64,000 nt of DNA, from NCBI GenBank assembly GCA_963708665.1, contig CAVPTE010000008.1, positions 912,750 to 976,749 on the forward strand, written 5' to 3'. Both the position numbers and the translations under genes were made by a program. Positions 59,120 to 64,000 of this stretch are shown here, one piece after another; positions within the stretch are counted from its first letter, which is position 1; each line of letters starts with the position of its first letter. The notes beneath the pieces were generated by a model that saw only the letters and a program-made list of their open reading frames with translations, was not told where the DNA came from and did not search any database. The stretch is from an uncultured beta proteobacterium (GTDB taxonomy: Bacteria; Pseudomonadota; Gammaproteobacteria; Burkholderiales; Burkholderiaceae_D).

Positions 59120-62100
59120 CTACGCGACCGCATCGAATACCGGAATCGCGTCGTCGCGGCTCGCCGCCTCGCGGAACTGCGCGGCGACGGATGCGCTGAT
59201 CGCGGCGATCGCCTCGTCGCAGCGCTCCGCCGTCGTCGCCGCTTCGTCCGCGCCGTCGCGGCGCGCGGTCGGCGCCACCGGCGTCGTCGAACGCTCGCCG
59301 AGATCGACGGCCGGCACGGCGCCCGGTCCCGTGGACCCGATCACGCAGTCGGCCCAGTCCGAGCGGTCGACCAGCGCGTCCCCCGGCGCCGCGTCCGGCT
59401 TACCGAGATCGGCGATCGCGGCGAGTCCGACGCCCCGCTGACGAAAACGACGGAGCGCGTCCCGCCGGGCCCCGACCGGCTCTTCGGGGTCCGCGACGAA
59501 GATCCGGTCGCCGCGACGAACCTCGATCTCCTCGTCGACGGCGACGACATCGGGGAGGGCGAGGATCGCGGCGAGCGTCGCGCGCGCGTAGCGGTAGGCG
59601 GTCCCGTCCCACGCGATCGCCTCGACGCGCACCGCCTCCGCGAGACGGTCGAGCAGCATCTCGAAGAGGCGGCGAAGGACCGCGTCGCCTCCGCCCTGCG
59701 TCGCTCCCGTGATGTCGACGAGGCACTGCGGACGTCGGCGCAGCGGCGTCTGGTCCGACGCGATCGAGACGATCCGGCGCGTGTCGTCGTCGTCCAGCGG
59801 GTCGGACGGGGAACCGATCACCGCCGTCACGAATTCGTCGAGACGGCGATTCGGATTGCGTTCGTAGAAGCGTTCGATCGCGTCGCGGTACCGGGCGGCG
59901 ATCATCGGACCATGGCATTCCTCGCGCACGAAGCGGAGGCCGGCTTCGGACCGCGCGCGTCGCTCTTCGGGATCGTCGACCAGCGTCGCGATCGCGGTCG
60001 CGAGCTCGTCGTCGCCGAAGCGGTCCGGCACCTGCAGCGCGGTGTCGGGCGGCAGTTCCGCGAGCGTCCCGTGACGATTGACGACGACCGGAACGCCGTT
60101 CGCGAAGCAGTGCAACACGGCGCCGGACGTTTCGCCTCGCGAGCCGGTACGCAACTGCACCGCGCAATCGGTCGCTTCGAGATAGGTCCGGAATGCCTCG
60201 TCGTCGACGAACCCGACGAGCCGTATCCGGGCCTGGGCCCCGTTCGCCGCGATCACCCTGCGGAGCTCGGCCTCGTAGAGGGCATCGCTGCCGGGACCGA
60301 CGAGCAGCAGAAGCGCATCGGTCCGCTTCGCCAGGTCGCCCGAGCACCACGCACGCACCAGCTCGAGATTCAGCTTCGTCCTGCTGACCAGTCCGAACGA
60401 GCAGACGACGACGGCATCGGCCGGGATGCCCAGCTCGGCGCGGGCGATCTCGCGCGGCCTGCGATGCGGCTCGTTGCGGAGGTGCCCGATCCGCACGATG
60501 AGGTCCTCGCCCTCGACACCGTAGAACGCGCGCGCCGCGCGCACGGCGAATGCGGAATGCACGATCGTCCCGTACCCGAGCTCGAACACGATGCGGCTCG
60601 CCGGATAGCGCCAGACCACGACGTCGCGACGCGACGCGTCGTCGTGCGGGCCCCGAACCGACTCGACGAGCGGCGGGAAGCCATGCGAACGGAACAGCTC
60701 GCGTTGCAGGATGCCCGGTCGGGACCCGTGCCCATCGAGATGGTTGAACAGGTTGCTCAGGAAGAAGTCGTGCAGCACGACGACGCCCGGATGGCGCTCC
60801 AGCATGTCGAGCGCGTCGCCGTGGAACTCGGCGGAATTGCCGATCTGGTACACGACCCGGTCGAAGCGCGCCGCGTTCGCTTCGAATCGGAGCCGGCTGC
60901 AGAGCGGATAGGTGCCGTCGAGCCAGGGATCGTCGACGCGCGGCAGGTCCGTCACGAGCGTGACGTCGTAATGCCGACTCAGCAGCGGCAGCAGTTCGGC
61001 GCTGTAGTTCGCGATCCCCGAGCGTTCCGGCGGCAGCGGCGACACGAACGCCAGCGATGGCCGGCTCGTCGGACGGGCCGCGTCGCGACGGGCATTCGGC
61101 GATGCGGTCTCGCGAGCCGCGTCGAACGCGTCGAGCACGCGCCTGGCCGACTCGTCCCACGAGAAACGTCGGCGCTGCAGACGGGAGTTCTCGACGAGAC
61201 GGTCGCGACATCCGGGATCGCGGAGAGGCGCCACGAGCGCCGCCGTCATCGACTCGATCGAATGGGGGTCGAACTGCGCATCACGGATCCCGAGGATCTC
61301 GGGCATGCTCGAACAGTTCGATCCGATCACGGGGGCGCCGCAGCGCATCGCTTCGAGGATCGGCAGACCGAATCCCTCGTGCAGCGACGGGAAGACGAAG
61401 AGGGCGCAGAGCCGATACAGGTCGCACAGTTCCGCGTCGGACACGTAGCCGGTGCAGACCAGGTCGTCGCGCTCGAGGCCCGCCCGGCGCGCCGTCTCGG
61501 CCAGCGCCGCACGTTCGGCGGGTTCCGCCCGGCAGACGATGGCGAGCTGATGCCGGCGGCGCAACTCCGCGGGCAGTTCCGCGTATGCGCGGATCAGCCC
61601 TTCGATGTTCTTGCGATGGTCGATGCCGGCCGTGTACAGCACGAACGGTCGAGGCAGGTGCAGGCGCTGGCGCAGCGCCGCCTCCCGCGACGCGGGGACC
61701 TGACCTTCGCAGAACATCGCGTCGGCGTCGCCCTGGATGTCGACGACGCGATCGGACGGCAATCCCAGCGTCTCGATCGCCTCCCTGCGCGCGCTGTCGG
61801 AAATCGCGAAGAGCACGCGCGCATGCCGCGCGAGGTCGAGCTTCATCATGTAGGCGCGCCGCAGCTCGCGATCGCGCAGGTAGACGTCGCGCCGGTACCA
61901 GGGAATCAGGTCGTAGACCGTGGCGGCCCAGCGGCCGTCGGGCACGATCGTCGTCACCGAGTCGTCGGCGTAGCTCTCGAACAGACTCGCGACGTGGACG
62001 AAGTCCGGGGCGATGCCATCGACATGCAGCTGCAGCAGTCGCGCGGCGGCGCGCGCCCTGGCCAGGTTCGCCGGGTCGAGAAGCGACGTCTTCCCGGGCG

Positions 62101-62317
62101 ACGCGAAGACATGGATGCGCTCGCGGGGAACGACATCGTCGATCCAGCCGATCGTCTCTTCCAGTTCGTCGTCGAACGCATGGTTCAACAGCGCCGACAG
62201 CTCGACGTCCCGACCCGCGGACGCCATCGCACGGAACAGGGCGAGGGAATAGCGGCCGATGCCCCGACGCCGCGAATGAGTCGTTTGCAGGGCCTGGAGA
62301 TCGACGAGCACACGCAT
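59120..62317 (-). CDS. multi-domain GT4 glycosyltransferase (WbdA/WbpX-like polymerase candidate)
   Basis: MRVLVDLQALQ..RGIGRYS, YDLIP, RKN, FPSLHEGFGLPILEAM; second domain SPLPPERSGIANYS, YQIGNS..H, VQLR..SRGETSG. Confidence 0.88.
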   Translation of the reverse strand: MRVLVDLQALQTTHSRRRGIGRYSLALFRAMASAGRDVELSALLNHAFDDELEETIGWIDDVVPRERIHVFASPGKTSLLDPANLARARAAARLLQLHVDGIAPDFVHVASLFESYADDSVTTIVPDGRWAATVYDLIPWYRRDVYLRDRELRRAYMMKLDLARHARVLFAISDSARREAIETLGLPSDRVVDIQGDADAMFCEGQVPASREAALRQRLHLPRPFVLYTAGIDHRKNIEGLIRAYAELPAELRRRHQLAIVCRAEPAERAALAETARRAGLERDDLVCTGYVSDAELCDLYRLCALFVFPSLHEGFGLPILEAMRCGAPVIGSNCSSMPEILGIRDAQFDPHSIESMTAALVAPLRDPGCRDRLVENSRLQRRRFSWDESARRVLDAFDAARETASPNARRDAARPTSRPSLAFVSPLPPERSGIANYSAELLPLLSRHYDVTLVTDLPRVDDPWLDGTYPLCSRLRFEANAARFDRVVYQIGNSAEFHGDALDMLERHPGVVVLHDFFLSNLFNHLDGHGSRPGILQRELFRSHGFPPLVESVRGPHDDASRRDVVVWRYPASRIVFELGYGTIVHSAFAVRAARAFYGVEGEDLIVRIGHLRNEPHRRPREIARAELGIPADAVVVCSFGLVSRTKLNLELVRAWCSGDLAKRTDALLLLVGPGSDALYEAELRRVIAANGAQARIRLVGFVDDEAFRTYLEATDCAVQLRTGSRGETSGAVLHCFANGVPVVVNRHGTLAELPPDTALQVPDRFGDDELATAIATLVDDPEERRARSEAGLRFVREECHGPMIAARYRDAIERFYERNPNRRLDEFVTAVIGSPSDPLDDDDTRRIVSIASDQTPLRRRPQCLVDITGATQGGGDAVLRRLFEMLLDRLAEAVRVEAIAWDGTAYRYARATLAAILALPDVVAVDEEIEVRRGDRIFVADPEEPVGARRDALRRFRQRGVGLAAIADLGKPDAAPGDALVDRSDWADCVIGSTGPGAVPAVDLGERSTTPVAPTARRDGADEAATTAERCDEAIAAISASVAAQFREAASRDDAIPVFDAVA

Positions 62318-62334
62318 CGGCGTGCGCGTTCCGG

Positions 62335-62880
62335 TCAGCAAGACAGGCCCCTCGCTCGAGCCCGGGCGAGCGCCTGCCGCACGCGCGCGGGCGCGACGTC
62401 GATGGAAGGATGCGGCACCACGGTCGCGGCGTCCTCCGTCAACGCGAGATCGATCGTGCGCGGAATATCCTGCAGCACCGTGGGGTCCACCGACGTTCCG
62501 TACTCCTGCTGTCGCCAGTTCACGGCGACCTGCTCGCGCACCGCGTAGAGCAGGCGCCAGTAGGCCGGGCCGCGTCGCAACGCGGTCCACCCCTTCGAGA
62601 CGAGGCGCAACGGGCGCGTCACCTTCCACGACGTGCTGGCGCGCAGCGCGGCGATCTCCGCGGCCGCCGTGCGCAACAGGGCCTGGTTCCGCGTCGCCGC
62701 TTCGGCCATCTGCGCCATCCGGCCGCGCATCAGGCGCGCCATTTCCGACTGTCGGTCGCGCTCGGCCTGCATCGCCGTCCAGGTGCTCGCTCGCGCGTCG
62801 CGGCGCTCGCCGTTCTGGCGCGGCGGGTCGGTGGGCGGAAAGGATGGCTGCTGCAAGCGCTCGCTTGTCGTCGTATTCAT
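62335..62880 (-). CDS. hypothetical coiled-coil protein with STSWKVTRPLR motif
   Basis: Helical stretch ending LRASTSWKVTRPLRL, a motif typical of glycan-cluster proteins; first gene of the operon. Confidence 0.6.
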   Translation of the reverse strand: MNTTTSERLQQPSFPPTDPPRQNGERRDARASTWTAMQAERDRQSEMARLMRGRMAQMAEAATRNQALLRTAAAEIAALRASTSWKVTRPLRLVSKGWTALRRGPAYWRLLYAVREQVAVNWRQQEYGTSVDPTVLQDIPRTIDLALTEDAATVVPHPSIDVAPARVRQALARARARGLSC

Positions 62881-62992
62881 CGCTCGACCCCCGGTGCGCC
62901 CGACGAGCCATGTCCGCCGAAGCGGATCGCAGCGACGCAGCGCGATCGGAGCCGCCGAGGTCGCGGCCGTCACAGGGTGACGCGCGGTCCGG

Positions 62993-62998
62993 ATTATA
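62993..62998 (-). promoter_or_regulatory. -10 box for the polysaccharide operon
   Basis: Perfect TATAAT on the minus strand in GC-rich intergenic DNA; no clear -35. Confidence 0.4.
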
Positions 62999-63122
62999 GC
63001 GTCGCCGTCGCGGCGCCGGACCGAAGGGGTGCGCATCATACCCGTCGCCGGCCGGCGGAGGCCGAGGTTCGTGAAATAATCGCTTCCCCCCGTTGCAGCG
63101 CCGAGTCCCGGACCGCGAACCG

Positions 63123-64000
63123 ATGCCATCCCCCTCGATCTTCAAGGCGTACGACATCCGCGGCATCGTCGACGACACGCTGACCGCCGACGTCGTCCGC
63201 TCGATCGGCCGCGCCGTGGCGAGCGAGGCGAAGGACCGCGGCCAGAAGTCGTTCGTCATCGGTCGCGACGGCCGGCTGTCGGGCCCGGCGTTCGCGCGCG
63301 CGCTCGCCGAAGGCATCCAGTCGGCCGGCCTGGACGTGATCGACCTCGGCATGGTCGCGACGCCGATGGTCTACTTCGGCGCGGTCGAGCTCGGCACGAA
63401 CTGCGGCGTCATGGTCACCGGCAGCCACAATCCGCCCGAGTACAACGGGCTGAAGATGGTCGTCGCCGGCGACGCGATCCACGGCGACGCGATCCAGGCG
63501 CTGTATCGCCGCATCGTCGACGAGCGCTTCGAGAGCGGCGCCGGGCGCTATTCGAAGCACGACATCGCCGACGCGTACTACGCGCGCATCAGCGGCGACG
63601 TCAAGGCCGCTGCGCCGCTGCGCATCGCGGTCGACTGCGGCAACGGCGTCGCCGGCGCCTACGCGCCGACGCTGTTCCGGACGCTCGGCTGCACGGTCGA
63701 CGAGCTGTTCTGCGACGTCGACGGCCGCTTCCCGAACCATCATCCCGATCCGGCGCACCTCGAGAACCTCGAGGACCTGATCGACCACCTCAAGCACACC
63801 GGCTGCGAGGTCGGCTTCGCGTTCGACGGCGACGGCGATCGCCTCGGCGTCGTGACGAAGGACGGACAGGTCATCTTCCCGGATCGCCAGCTGATGCTGT
63901 TCGCCGAGGAGGTCCTGTCGCGCAACCCGGGCGGCGAGATCATCTACGACGTGAAGTGCTCGCGGAACGTCGCGCCGTGGGTCGAGGCGCATGGCGGCCG
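63123..64000 (+). CDS. phosphomannomutase/phosphoglucomutase (AlgC/ManB-like; runs off window end, absent from ORF track)
   Basis: Manual translation MPSPSIFKAYDIRG, GRDGRLSG, VTGSHNPPEYNGLK, FPNHHPDP, AFDGDGDRLG. Confidence 0.95.
   Translation, partial: MPSPSIFKAYDIRGIVDDTLTADVVRSIGRAVASEAKDRGQKSFVIGRDGRLSGPAFARALAEGIQSAGLDVIDLGMVATPMVYFGAVELGTNCGVMVTGSHNPPEYNGLKMVVAGDAIHGDAIQALYRRIVDERFESGAGRYSKHDIADAYYARISGDVKAAAPLRIAVDCGNGVAGAYAPTLFRTLGCTVDELFCDVDGRFPNHHPDPAHLENLEDLIDHLKHTGCEVGFAFDGDGDRLGVVTKDGQVIFPDRQLMLFAEEVLSRNPGGEIIYDVKCSRNVAPWVEAHGG

Overview
High-GC betaproteobacterial chromosomal segment with Burkholderiales-like gene order. It contains no tRNA, rRNA, CRISPR array, integrase or transposase that I can support. 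In order: late flagellar genes (fliS partial, fliD, flaG, fliC); a GGEEF diguanylate cyclase; groES-groEL with a CIRCE operator; dacB; elaB/yqjE/yqjK plus a putative outer-membrane barrel; otsB and a long membrane-anchored otsA; hemL-thiE-thiD; rubredoxin; the Pil-Chp operon pilGHIJ-chpA; a photolyase; yqgE-ruvX-pyrR-pyrB-pyrC'; an acyltransferase; apaH; a ~26 kb surface-polysaccharide locus (GT9, priming transferase, GT4s, flippase, rmlBACD, rmd/gmd, four methyltransferase domains, wzm/wzt, multi-domain GTs); and the start of a phosphomannomutase. Many essential genes carry single-base frameshifts, most likely uncorrected long-read errors, so several CDS were rebuilt by eye across frames. No clearly new system stands out. 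The best leads are (1) a trehalose-6-phosphate synthase fused to a receptor-like TM-periplasmic-TM input, (2) sigma28-type promoters before fliC, the cyclase, pilG and pilJ, (3) a 13-residue acidic repeat array in ChpA, and (4) a methyltransferase-rich ABC-exported glycan cassette. All calls come from motif recognition; no database searches were run.
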